64,000 bases of DNA from Bacteroidales bacterium (GTDB lineage Bacteria > Bacteroidota > Bacteroidia > Bacteroidales > VadinHA17), in NCBI GenBank assembly GCA_038252165.1, contig JBBSAP010000005.1:61-64060 (forward strand). The letters run 5' to 3'. Shown in pieces: positions 47,966-57,567 of the stretch (the stretch's first letter is position 1; each line of letters opens with the position of its first letter). Below the pieces are notes generated by a model. The model saw only the letters and a program-made list of their open reading frames with translations. It was not told the DNA's origin and searched no databases. The translations under genes were made by a program, and so were the position numbers.

Positions 47966-48586
47966 ATGCTTATTTTGCTTGAACACCCGTTGCTGACTCA
48001 CAAGCTCACTCAGCTTCGCAGAAAGGAGACAACTACAAAAGATTTCAGGGAAATAATGGAAGAGATTGCGGGACTGATGGCATATGAGGTCACAAACGAC
48101 CTGCCTTTAAAGAATGTGACTATTCATACACCCCTGGCCGAATGTCGGACCCGGGACCTTGCAATAGATATTGTTCTTGTCCCTGTTTTAAGAGCCGGGC
48201 TCGGAATGGTTGACGGAATAACAAGGCTGATACCGACAGCCAGGGTTGGACATATAGGTATGTACCGCGATCATAAAACCCTTGAACCTTTGACATATTA
48301 TGCCAAATTTCCTGATAAACTCGCTGACGCTATAGTTATGGTTCTTGATCCGATGCTTGCAACCGGAGGCAGCTCAGGGGCGGCAATCCAGGTGCTAAAG
48401 GATAACGGAGCAAAAACAATTAAACTTGTGTGTGTTGTGGGGGTGCCTGAAGGTGTCGAAAAAATCGAACACGATCATCCTGATGTGCAAATATACCTTG
48501 CTGCACTCGATGAAAAGTTGAATGAAAAAGGATATATTCTGCCGGGACTCGGGGATGCAGGCGACCGGCTTTTCGGAACATTCTGA
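47966..48586 (+). CDS. upp: uracil phosphoribosyltransferase
   Basis: 206 aa with HPLLTHKLTQLR, PRPP motif VMVLDPMLATGGS and C-terminal motif YILPGLGDAGDRLFGT. Confidence 0.95.
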   Translation: MLILLEHPLLTHKLTQLRRKETTTKDFREIMEEIAGLMAYEVTNDLPLKNVTIHTPLAECRTRDLAIDIVLVPVLRAGLGMVDGITRLIPTARVGHIGMYRDHKTLEPLTYYAKFPDKLADAIVMVLDPMLATGGSSGAAIQVLKDNGAKTIKLVCVVGVPEGVEKIEHDHPDVQIYLAALDEKLNEKGYILPGLGDAGDRLFGTF

Positions 48587-48598
48587 TAAAAGAAAAAT

Positions 48599-49579
48599 CT
48601 ATTCCAGGCCCTCAAGGGAATGTTTTATGTAAACATCGTTCAACGGACAAAAACCGTTCTTTTTGATGCCTGACTGCCCTTCGCCCAGAACATAATACAG
48701 GAATTCAACAATAACAGGATCGGTAGGTTTGCCTAACGATCCAAGCCTCAGTTCCCTGCAAAGCTGATCTGGAAAGAAGCCAAGCCATAAGCTGCGGTGA
48801 GCTTCTTCAAGATTTCTGAATGGAACCTCCAACCTGTCTATCTTATTGTCAAAATCAAGATCAATCGGAATTATCTGAATATCTTTCTTCCTCTCTCCTG
48901 TCGTAATATCAAAAGCGTATGATAAGTTACAGAAACCAATAGCGAGCGGATCTCCCTGAATACTTCTAATCATTTCATCATCCCCATTAATCCCTATTCC
49001 TTTGAGATCAGATGCTTTCTTGTACATTAATTCAGCCCATACTTCAGCCGCTCCCGATTCATCAGCCCTTGAATAAACGGTAACTTTGTCTCTTGTATTT
49101 GTATCGAGAATTTCACCCCAGGTTATTTGCTTTCCGGATAAAAACACGTAGATGAATTCATCAGGACTTATTCCCTGGTTCAAGAGCTTTTCAAGGTGCG
49201 GATTGTTCTTGTTTACAATGGGGGCAACACCATCCTTTGCAATTGAAACTATCCAGATCCCGGCTTTTTCTTCTTCCTCTGTCAGGGGTCTCGATATCAT
49301 GGCCAGCTGGCTCTTCCCCTCAAGCAGGCTCGTTATACCTTCGCCGGTACCTATTTTGGTAACCTCAATTTTTACACCTGGATGAATTGCCATAAAATCA
49401 TCAGCAAGTTCTAATATCAGAGGATAAAGAGCATAGGCTCCGGTAATGGAAAAGCTTCCATTGAGTTCTCTTTTAACCGCTTCCTTCGATTGAGTTAATT
49501 CTTTCCTGGTTTTTGGCGAATGACAGCCTGAGACCAAAGCAAGAATTAAAAACGGGATGATTATCTTTAAACGGATCAT
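48599..49579 (-). CDS. PstS-like (PBP type 2) substrate-binding lipoprotein
   Basis: 326 aa with lipoprotein signal LALVSGC and the pattern ITGAYALYPLI..LADDF...GTGEGI typical of phosphate-binding-protein-like domains. No pstCAB genes are adjacent. Confidence 0.7.
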   Translation of the reverse strand: MIRLKIIIPFLILALVSGCHSPKTRKELTQSKEAVKRELNGSFSITGAYALYPLILELADDFMAIHPGVKIEVTKIGTGEGITSLLEGKSQLAMISRPLTEEEEKAGIWIVSIAKDGVAPIVNKNNPHLEKLLNQGISPDEFIYVFLSGKQITWGEILDTNTRDKVTVYSRADESGAAEVWAELMYKKASDLKGIGINGDDEMIRSIQGDPLAIGFCNLSYAFDITTGERKKDIQIIPIDLDFDNKIDRLEVPFRNLEEAHRSLWLGFFPDQLCRELRLGSLGKPTDPVIVEFLYYVLGEGQSGIKKNGFCPLNDVYIKHSLEGLE

Positions 49580-49758
49580 TTTTTTCTTTAAAGTTATGAT
49601 TTTTTTTGTTTGATGTGAAAAATATCAGGTCAATATGTCGCTGGTGTAAGCGAACTTCAGTCTTTCGGATTACAATTTTAGTAAATTAGAAGCCCAATTT
49701 AATTTAACTATTTATAACCACAAGTGTTATTACTTTTATTGTAACTGTAAATAAACAA

Positions 49759-50484
49759 ATGACCAATCCGGTTATAGAGGTTAAAAATGTCTGGAAATCT
49801 TTTAAGACAGTTCAGGCTGTAAAAGGGATTAATCTTCAGATCCCAAAAGGCCAGTTTACTGCCCTTTTAGGCCCTAACGGGGCAGGAAAAACCACACTTG
49901 TCGAAATGATTGAAGGGATCCAGAAGCCTGACTCCGGGGAAATAACCATTACCGGGAAACACTGGAAAGGACACGAAGATGAGCTTCACCGGATAATAGG
50001 ACTTTCTCTTCAGGATACAAGGTTTATCGACAAGTTAAGGGTAACCGAGACATTGAGGCTTTTCGCAACCTTCTTTAATCTTGGGAAAGGAAGGGTCAAT
50101 GAAATAATTGATATGGTAGGGCTTGAAGAAAAGAGGAAATCATATGTTGTCAATCTTTCCGGAGGACAAAGACAAAGGCTCGCAATTGGTATAGCCCTTT
50201 TAAACTCTCCCGCAATACTTCTTCTTGATGAACCGACCACTGGACTTGACCCCAACGCAAGACGTGAGATATGGGATATTCTTCATAAACTGAGAAAGGT
50301 ATCCGAGACTTCAATGATATTAACAACTCATTACATGGAGGAAGCCGAAAACCTTTGTGATTATATTGTGATTATGCATAATGGGATTATTCTCCGTGAA
50401 GGCACGCTTGACCAGCTCCTCAGGGAAGCCAAAAATCTGGATGATCTTTTTGTATTGTTAACCGGGAGGAGGATCAATGAATAG
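49759..50484 (+). CDS. ABC transporter ATP-binding protein
   Basis: Walker A GPNGAGKTT, signature LSGGQRQRLAIG, Walker B LLLDEPTTGLD. Confidence 0.9.
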   Translation: MTNPVIEVKNVWKSFKTVQAVKGINLQIPKGQFTALLGPNGAGKTTLVEMIEGIQKPDSGEITITGKHWKGHEDELHRIIGLSLQDTRFIDKLRVTETLRLFATFFNLGKGRVNEIIDMVGLEEKRKSYVVNLSGGQRQRLAIGIALLNSPAILLLDEPTTGLDPNARREIWDILHKLRKVSETSMILTTHYMEEAENLCDYIVIMHNGIILREGTLDQLLREAKNLDDLFVLLTGRRINE

Positions 50485-51613
50485 AATATTCCGGTTAAAT
50501 CAGTTATGGCAGCTTACAGTGGCCTTGTTCCACGAAATAACCCGTGAACCGGGAGTTCTTTTCTGGGGGATAATATTCCCTATTCTTATGTCGCTGGGTC
50601 TTGGACTTGCTTTTACAAAAAAAGCCGACGTTGTCCGCAAAGTTGCCATCAGCCGGTCAGTTGAAATTTCTGATAACAGGACTTCCGAATTATCAAAGTT
50701 TCTTGAAACGGACTGCACAAAGCATCAGCCTGACTCAAAGGATTATTTCAGATGGCAGTATGAACTGAAGGATGGTAAGCTTGGAAACACGGTTTTCCTT
50801 TTTTATGAGCTCGACTGGAATGAGGCAATGGTAATGCTCAAGAGAGGAACAGTTAATCTTATTCTGCAAAGTAATAACGGACATACTGAGTATCATTTTG
50901 ACCCTGTAAATGCAGATGCCGAGCTAACGTACCGCAAACTCAGGAGCATAATAGGTGCAGGAGATATTTTTTATGCTGAAAATAGTTCTGAAATCAAGCC
51001 ACTGACTCTTACCGGAACCCGGTATATTGATTTCCTGGTTCCGGGCCTGATCACTATGGGAGTAATGATGTCTTCAATGTGGGGAATAAGTTACGGCATT
51101 ATCGAAAAGCGTTCTAAAAAGCTTCTTCGCCGGCTCGTGGCAACGCCTATGAAAAAATCGCATTTCCTGATCGCATTGATAACAGTCAGGCTGGCAATGA
51201 ACTTCATTGAAGCTCTGGCATTGATTTTGTTTGCACTGATTGTATTTAACATAACGGTCCAGGGAAGCATCTCCGCCCTCATACTCACTTTCATTGCCGG
51301 GAATATAGCATTTGCAGGTATTGCCGTGTTTGTCTCATCCCATACTTCAAATACCGAAGTCGGCAACGGCCTGATAAATGCAGTTGTCATGCCAATGATG
51401 ATTCTATCAGGTATATTTTTCAGTTACCAGAATTTTCCCGACTGGGGTGTTAAGATAATCAGGACACTTCCGCTTACAATGATGACCGACGGAGTCAGAA
51501 GCATATTCAACGAAGGAGCAGGTTACAGTGAAGTGGGAATACCAATTCTGTTACTCACAACTATCGGTATACTTTTTTTCACAGCCGGACTCAAAATATT
51601 CAAATGGCACTAG
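50477..51613 (+). CDS. ABC-2-type transporter permease
   Basis: 378 aa. It overlaps the upstream ATPase gene by 8 nt. It has one N-terminal TM helix, a ~150-aa extracytoplasmic loop and five C-terminal TM helices, which is the typical ABC-2 layout. Confidence 0.8.
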   Translation: MNRIFRLNQLWQLTVALFHEITREPGVLFWGIIFPILMSLGLGLAFTKKADVVRKVAISRSVEISDNRTSELSKFLETDCTKHQPDSKDYFRWQYELKDGKLGNTVFLFYELDWNEAMVMLKRGTVNLILQSNNGHTEYHFDPVNADAELTYRKLRSIIGAGDIFYAENSSEIKPLTLTGTRYIDFLVPGLITMGVMMSSMWGISYGIIEKRSKKLLRRLVATPMKKSHFLIALITVRLAMNFIEALALILFALIVFNITVQGSISALILTFIAGNIAFAGIAVFVSSHTSNTEVGNGLINAVVMPMMILSGIFFSYQNFPDWGVKIIRTLPLTMMTDGVRSIFNEGAGYSEVGIPILLLTTIGILFFTAGLKIFKWH

Positions 51614-51624
51614 GCTTATCCTGA

Positions 51625-53964
51625 TTATTCTATTTTCAGATCCCCGTTGAAGTTTAGGATTTCACCTTTTTTAGTTTCAGTAACAAAGGTTTTATCTCTG
51701 TACCTGATTGATAACGGGGTACCAGCTTTTGATAATACTTTAACAGACTGAAGCGCTCCTCCTCTCCACGAATATTCCAGTTCGAAACCACCCCGTGCTC
51801 TGATACCTTTTATATGGCCATCCGGTATTCCCTCAGGAAGAGCAGGTAAAACATCAATTTCACCGAGATGACTTTGAAGGAGTATCTCGGCTATTCCTGC
51901 AGCCCCCCCAAAATTACCATCAATCTGAAAAGGAGGGTGAGCATCAAACAGATTCGGATAAGAGCCTCCTCCTGCTGATCCTCCACCCTGAGCCTGTGAT
52001 AAAGATTGACCCTGGGGTCTTAAGAGCATCTTCACCATTTTCCATGCATGATCCCCGTCTGTAAATCTAGCCCAGAAATTTATCTTCCATGCCAGGCTCC
52101 AGCCTGTCCCCTCATCTCCCCGCGCAACAAGTGATGTTTTTGCAGCCTCCATCAGGTCGGGATTATCCTTCCGGTTAATCTCGCTGCCGGGGTAAACACC
52201 CCAGAGATGCGAAACATGTCTGTGCTTGTTTCCGGGATCATCTATATCAGTCATCCATTCCTGAAGCTGGCCGAACCTTCCTATTTTATAAGGGGCTATT
52301 GCTGGCAGTAATTGTTTCAGGGTGTCAGCAAAAGTCAGATCAGTTTTCAATATCCCGGCCGCTTCAATGCATGCCTTAAAAAGACTTTTAATAACCTGGT
52401 GATCCATTGTGGGACCTGATACCAGGCCTCCGTTTTCAGGAGAATTTGACGGGCATGAGACCAACCATCCTGTTCCGGGTTCACTTACGAGAAAATCCGC
52501 ATAAAACAATGCGGCATTTTTCATAACCGGCCATGCGATATTCTTCAGAAAAGAAGTGTCCCTGCCGAAAAGGAAATGCTCCCAGTAATGGTGGGCCATC
52601 CAACCACTTCCCGAAACCCATATTCCATGGTTTGAGGCATTTATGGGAGCAGCCCCCCTCCACAAATCAGTATTATGATGCAAAACCCATCCCCTGGCAT
52701 TGTAATGATTACTCGCAACTTTTTCACCGGCTGGCACTATCTCTCCTATCATCTTAAACAGAGCAGAATGACATTCGGCGATATTTAGCACTTCCACAGG
52801 CCAGTAGTTCATCTCGGTATTTATGTTTACAGTGTATTTGCTGTCCCACGAAGGATTAAGCTTGTCATTCCATATCCCCTGCAGATTGGCAGGATAGGTT
52901 CCCTCCCTGCTCGACGACAGAAGAAGATAACGCCCGTACTGGACATAGAGTGCTGCAAGGGAATTATCCATCTTTTCAGGTACTTTTAATATCCTGACAT
53001 CAGTAGGTAATCCTTCATTACCTGAAGTGCCGAGATCTATCGAAAACCTGTTGAAATATCTTTGATAATCAGTAACGTGCTCTTGCCTGATCTGTTTGTA
53101 TGTTTGTCTGCCTGCTGCTATATATTTGTTACATATTGCATCAGCGTCACCAGAAACATCTGAAGGACTTACAAAATTTGTTGCGGCGGAAAGCCTGATA
53201 GTAGCTTCATCAGCCTTTTCAATGTGCAATTTGCTACCATTTAAAGAGATCTCTCCACCTTTTACTGTCGCTTTGATTACAGCTGTCCCGCCAAGGAGAC
53301 CCTCCTTTATCCTGAACTTCATGCATATGGTTCCATCGTTACCTGGAACTGCAGTAAAACCTTCATGCAAAGCGGTTAAAGAGATATCAAAAGTCAGAGC
53401 TTTTTTCTTGTTGCATGCCAGATTGATTGCTATCAGATTGTCCGGATAACTTGCTATATATTCCCTTGTAAAAGCAGCCCCGTCGGCCTCATAAGAGGTT
53501 TTACAGACTGCGTTCGACAAGTCCAGCTCTCTCCTGTAACCTGTTGTTTTACTGTTCCCGGGGAAATTCAGCCATAAATCCCCGAATGGCTGGTATTTCT
53601 CCTGCCGGAGAGGAACACTCATAAATTTCTCAAGCGCCAGATCTTCAGCTTCTTTCTGCTTCCCCTGCCAGATAAGCTCCCTGATCCTTCCAAGGTATCC
53701 GGAGGCTCCTTTATTCGAGTAATCATGAGGGCCGCCGGTCCAGAGGGTCTCTTCGTTAAACTGTATGTGATCTTCAGCTATTCCTCCATATATCATTGCC
53801 CCAAGCCGTCCATTGCCGACAGGCAATGCCTCTTCCCAGCATGATGCGGGCTTTTCATACCATAACACCAGATCGTCTTTTTCCTGAACTTTGCAGCTGG
53901 CGGGAAGGAAAAACAATATTGCAATTATTAATGACTTTACTACTCTCCGCATCTCTGTTTGCAT
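51625..53964 (-). CDS. glycoside hydrolase family 95 (alpha-L-fucosidase-type)
   Basis: 779 aa with a signal peptide. The N-terminus WYEKPASCWEEALPVGNGRLGAMIYGG...FNEETLWTG is characteristic of GH95, as is the later pattern NLQGIWND..W.S.YT.NINT.MNYWP. Confidence 0.9.
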   Translation of the reverse strand: MQTEMRRVVKSLIIAILFFLPASCKVQEKDDLVLWYEKPASCWEEALPVGNGRLGAMIYGGIAEDHIQFNEETLWTGGPHDYSNKGASGYLGRIRELIWQGKQKEAEDLALEKFMSVPLRQEKYQPFGDLWLNFPGNSKTTGYRRELDLSNAVCKTSYEADGAAFTREYIASYPDNLIAINLACNKKKALTFDISLTALHEGFTAVPGNDGTICMKFRIKEGLLGGTAVIKATVKGGEISLNGSKLHIEKADEATIRLSAATNFVSPSDVSGDADAICNKYIAAGRQTYKQIRQEHVTDYQRYFNRFSIDLGTSGNEGLPTDVRILKVPEKMDNSLAALYVQYGRYLLLSSSREGTYPANLQGIWNDKLNPSWDSKYTVNINTEMNYWPVEVLNIAECHSALFKMIGEIVPAGEKVASNHYNARGWVLHHNTDLWRGAAPINASNHGIWVSGSGWMAHHYWEHFLFGRDTSFLKNIAWPVMKNAALFYADFLVSEPGTGWLVSCPSNSPENGGLVSGPTMDHQVIKSLFKACIEAAGILKTDLTFADTLKQLLPAIAPYKIGRFGQLQEWMTDIDDPGNKHRHVSHLWGVYPGSEINRKDNPDLMEAAKTSLVARGDEGTGWSLAWKINFWARFTDGDHAWKMVKMLLRPQGQSLSQAQGGGSAGGGSYPNLFDAHPPFQIDGNFGGAAGIAEILLQSHLGEIDVLPALPEGIPDGHIKGIRARGGFELEYSWRGGALQSVKVLSKAGTPLSIRYRDKTFVTETKKGEILNFNGDLKIE

Positions 53965-54098
53965 ATTAAGGTTTCATTACTAAGATACGAACTTATTTTT
54001 ACCTCCCAACCGGAAAAGTTTATTACGGAAAATGCAGCATTCATTTTTTCTTAAAGTCTTTATACCGGAATGAGTATAAATAAATAAAAAGATAGGAC

Positions 54099-54818
54099 AT
54101 GAAAAACCTGAAGTATTGTCTAATTATTTCATTAGCTCTTGTCATCACATTTTGTACTGATGGTCAGATACGGAGGACGGTTTATGGCAACAACCATGTT
54201 GTTAAGAAGGAAAGAGAGGCGGGAAGATTCACGGGATTAAGGGTCAGCAGCGGAATTGATGTATATCTGAAACAAACCGGCAATGAATCGATTGAGGTTG
54301 AAGCAGATGAGAACCTGCATGAATATATATTGACTGAGATCAGGGATGGCGTTCTGCATGTCTACACAGAGACCAATATCAGGGAAGCTGAAATGAAGAG
54401 AGTTTATGTTACTATGAAGGATATCAGCTCCCTTAAAACTTCCAGTGCCGGAGATATTATTGGTGAGACTCCGGTGAAAACTGATAAACTTGAATTATCA
54501 GCAACCAGCGCCGGTGATATCAAACTTGAAATCTATGTAAAAGAAGTTGAGGCAACCATAAGCAGCTCAGGAGATGTGACACTTACCGGGGAAGCTGATA
54601 TACTAAACGCGAACCTGAGCAGTGCGGGAGATCTCAATTCCTTTGGATTGGAGGTAAGGGAAGCCGATGTTTCTGCTTCGAGTGCCGGAGATGCTGATAT
54701 TAATGTCTCTGAAAGATTAAGAGCCAGATCCTCAAGCGCAGGAGATATTAATTACCGCGGGAATCCGAAATACCTTGATGCTCACTCATCAAGTGCAGGT
54801 GGTGTGCACAGGAAATAG
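54099..54818 (+). CDS. head-GIN / DUF2807-like beta-helix repeat protein
   Basis: 239 aa with a signal peptide and seven S(S/T)AGD(I/V/L/A) repeats at ~20-aa spacing, preceded by VSSGIDVYL. Confidence 0.7.
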   Translation: MKNLKYCLIISLALVITFCTDGQIRRTVYGNNHVVKKEREAGRFTGLRVSSGIDVYLKQTGNESIEVEADENLHEYILTEIRDGVLHVYTETNIREAEMKRVYVTMKDISSLKTSSAGDIIGETPVKTDKLELSATSAGDIKLEIYVKEVEATISSSGDVTLTGEADILNANLSSAGDLNSFGLEVREADVSASSAGDADINVSERLRARSSSAGDINYRGNPKYLDAHSSSAGGVHRK

Positions 54819-54850
54819 TCCTCATCAATATATATTACTCTCATTAATTG

Positions 54851-54882
54851 AGCCGGCTGGTATATACTGCCGGCTTTTTTTT
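54851..54882 (+). terminator. intrinsic terminator after the DUF2807-like gene
   Basis: AGCCGGC (54851-54857) pairs with GCCGGCT (54869-54875) and is followed by T8. Confidence 0.75.
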
Positions 54883-54889
54883 AACTTTG
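54882..54889 (+). promoter_or_regulatory. candidate -7 box (TAACTTTG) for pgi
   Basis: Fits TAnnTTTG, 36 nt upstream of the pgi ATG at 54926. Confidence 0.45.
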
Positions 54890-54925
54890 TAATATGACAT
54901 TGCAAATCTAATAATCATATTATAA

Positions 54926-56269
54926 ATGAAAGAAAATATCACTTTAAGTCTTAAAAATGCCGTCAGTTTTATTTCCTACGAAGAGATCATTGCCCTGGCC
55001 CAGCAATCGGTAAGGCATCTTGACAGCCTGAACAGCAGGACAGGAGCCGGCAGTGATTTCCTTGGGTGGCTTTCCCTTCCGGACGATATTCTGCCTCAGC
55101 TTGACAGGATAGACAAAATGGCAAAACATCTCAGATCAATTTCAGACATTACAGTGGTTATCGGAATCGGAGGTTCGTATCTTGGTTCACGAGCAGTTAT
55201 TGAGGCGCTTTCACATACTTTTTCTAGCTTTCGGAAAGAAAAGCATCACGAAATAATTTTTGCAGGCCAGAATATTTCTGAGGATTATATTGCCGATCTT
55301 CTTGAAATACTCGACACAGCCAGTTATTCGATTGTTATGATCTCAAAATCAGGGGTTACAACAGAACCTGCAATTGCATTCAGGATCCTTAAAAATCACC
55401 TTGAGAAGAAAGTGGGAAAAGCCGCAGCAGCAGATAGGATTGTAGCAATTACCGACAGCAAAAAAGGTGCGCTCAGACCTCTTGCTGATACAAACGGATA
55501 CGAAACATTCGTAATCCCCGATAACATCGGTGGAAGGTATTCTGTACTGACACCTGCCGGTCTTTTACCTGTGGCTCTCAGCGGACTAGATATAAGGCTG
55601 CTTGTAAAGGGTGCCAAATCGATGGAACAGATCACCCGTCAAAACAGGAATGCAGCCTCCAATATTGCCCTGCTGTATGCCGCTGCCCGGAATCTAATAT
55701 TGCAGACAGGAAAAACTACTGAAATAATGATAAGCTACAATCCCAGGCTTCACTATTTTGCAGAATGGTGGAAACAATTATTCGGGGAAAGCGAAGGTAA
55801 GGACGGAAAAGGAATATTCCCGGCAGCAGTTGATTTCACAACTGATCTGCATTCGCTGGGACAATATATCCAGGATGGCCAGAGAATAATGTTTGAGACT
55901 GTTCTCTCGGTTAAAAATCCAAAAAAGACAGTAACAGTTCCAAAGGAGAAGGAAGACGCTGACCAGCTTAATTATCTAAGCGGGCAAAGGCTTTCTCAGG
56001 TCAATCACAATGCTGAAGCCGGTACAATCCTTGCACATAACGACGGAAATGTGCCGGTTATGCACATTACAATCCCTGAACTTGATGAGTACTATGTCGG
56101 CCAGCTGTTTTATTTCTTCGAGTTATCCTGTGCTGTCAGCGGGTATATTCTGGATGTCAATCCTTTTGACCAGCCAGGTGTTGAAGCCTACAAGAAAAAC
56201 ATGTTCGCCCTTCTTAACAAACCCGGCTATGAGGAAGAAGGAAAGAAATTAAGGGAAAGATTAAAATAA
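54926..56269 (+). CDS. pgi: glucose-6-phosphate isomerase (short ~450-aa type)
   Basis: 447 aa with VVIGIGGSYLG, SKSG.T.EP, the pattern IGGRYSVLT and the pattern GESEGKDGKG. Confidence 0.93.
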   Translation: MKENITLSLKNAVSFISYEEIIALAQQSVRHLDSLNSRTGAGSDFLGWLSLPDDILPQLDRIDKMAKHLRSISDITVVIGIGGSYLGSRAVIEALSHTFSSFRKEKHHEIIFAGQNISEDYIADLLEILDTASYSIVMISKSGVTTEPAIAFRILKNHLEKKVGKAAAADRIVAITDSKKGALRPLADTNGYETFVIPDNIGGRYSVLTPAGLLPVALSGLDIRLLVKGAKSMEQITRQNRNAASNIALLYAAARNLILQTGKTTEIMISYNPRLHYFAEWWKQLFGESEGKDGKGIFPAAVDFTTDLHSLGQYIQDGQRIMFETVLSVKNPKKTVTVPKEKEDADQLNYLSGQRLSQVNHNAEAGTILAHNDGNVPVMHITIPELDEYYVGQLFYFFELSCAVSGYILDVNPFDQPGVEAYKKNMFALLNKPGYEEEGKKLRERLK

Positions 56270-56275
56270 ACGATT

Positions 56276-57355
56276 ATGAATATCGAACTAAAAAAAGATT
56301 TTACCTGGTCGCTGATAATTCCTTCCAGTATGGGTGTAAGGATAACGCCTGTCAATGGTCAGCCCGTCCATAGCAGTGATACCTTCCATATGCAGGTAAC
56401 CAGTGCCGAGACAAACGTGGCCAGCGTTCCATCTTATCTCGGACTGCCCGTAAAGGTTCTGACAACTTTTGTTAAGGATAGTCCTATAGCCCGCATGATA
56501 AAAGATAACCTTTCAGGCAGGCATATGGCTTATGAGGGCGTTGATGTTGAACAGGGAGGTCCGTGGGGTTATCGTCATCAGTTCAATATTGCCGACAGCG
56601 GTTATGGATCACGCGGGCCAAGAGTTCAGAACGACCGTGCGGGTGAAGTGGGGAGATCTCTCAGTGTTAAGGATTTTGACCTGAAGAGACTGTTTGATGA
56701 TGAAGGCGTTCAGATCCTGCATTTATCAGGACTGATAGCTGCTCTGTCGCCGGAAACCAGCAATTTCTGCCTTGAACTTGCAAGAGCAGCAAAGAAATAC
56801 GGAACCAGGATATCATTCGACCTGAATTTCAGGGCATCTTTCTGGAAGGACAGGGAAAAAGAGCTTTCAGCCACATTCAGGGAAATAGCAGGTATTTCTG
56901 ACATACTGGTGGGAAATGAAGAGGATTACCAGCTTTGTCTTGGAATACCGGGCCCTGAAGAGGGAGGAAAGGACCTTGCAGCAAAGATAGAGAGCTTCAG
57001 GGAAATGATTAAGAGAGTCAAAAAAGAGTTTCCTTCAACTTCTGTGTTCGCTACGACGCTTAGACAGGTTATAAGCACCAGTGAACATCTCTGGGGCGCA
57101 ATTATGCTTGAAGGCGACAAATGGCATGTTATTGAACCACGCAAAATACATGTCCTTGACCGTATAGGGGGAGGCGACGGATTTGTAGGAGGCTTTCTTT
57201 ATGCTGTGCTTAAAGGATGGGAGCCGGAGAAATGGATCCAGTTCGGTTGGGCGACGGGAGCACTGGCAACAACAGTTGTCACCGATTATGCCCAGCCTGC
57301 TGATGAAGAGCAGATATGGAGCATCTGGAAAGGAAATGCGAGAGTAAAAAGATAA
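56276..57355 (+). CDS. PfkB-family sugar kinase (2-dehydro-3-deoxygluconokinase-like)
   Basis: 359 aa with C-terminal PfkB motif VLDRIGGGDGFVGGFLY. The substrate cannot be assigned from sequence. Confidence 0.75.
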   Translation: MNIELKKDFTWSLIIPSSMGVRITPVNGQPVHSSDTFHMQVTSAETNVASVPSYLGLPVKVLTTFVKDSPIARMIKDNLSGRHMAYEGVDVEQGGPWGYRHQFNIADSGYGSRGPRVQNDRAGEVGRSLSVKDFDLKRLFDDEGVQILHLSGLIAALSPETSNFCLELARAAKKYGTRISFDLNFRASFWKDREKELSATFREIAGISDILVGNEEDYQLCLGIPGPEEGGKDLAAKIESFREMIKRVKKEFPSTSVFATTLRQVISTSEHLWGAIMLEGDKWHVIEPRKIHVLDRIGGGDGFVGGFLYAVLKGWEPEKWIQFGWATGALATTVVTDYAQPADEEQIWSIWKGNARVKR

Positions 57356-57485
57356 CATTCCTTGAGATCTTCATCTAAAAAGACTTCTATTCAATTTTAT
57401 TTATTTTCCGATAAAATCTGACATCTTTTCTAATGCGCTGATTAATAATTTGTTAAAATTATTACTATAATTTATTATGTATATA

Positions 57486-57502
57486 TATTTTTGTTATTTT
57501 TG
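57486..57502 (+). promoter_or_regulatory. two tandem candidate -7 boxes (TATTTTTG x2) upstream of the five-gene operon
   Basis: Boxes at 57486-57493 and 57495-57502 both fit TAnnTTTG. They sit in a 212-bp AT-rich intergenic region, 66-75 nt upstream of the ATG at 57568. Confidence 0.45.
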
Positions 57503-57567
57503 AATTAAAGGGGATTCCCTATAGTAACTTAAATCTTCGTCAAAACAATTCGATATCCTTATTCCTT

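Noticed and set aside
48599-51613. PstS-like binding protein plus the ABC ATPase and ABC-2 permease treated as one phosphate-uptake system.
   Set aside because: The binding-protein gene is divergently transcribed. In addition, the ATPase and permease are of the ABC-2 exporter type rather than PstCAB importer components, so the adjacency is probably coincidental.
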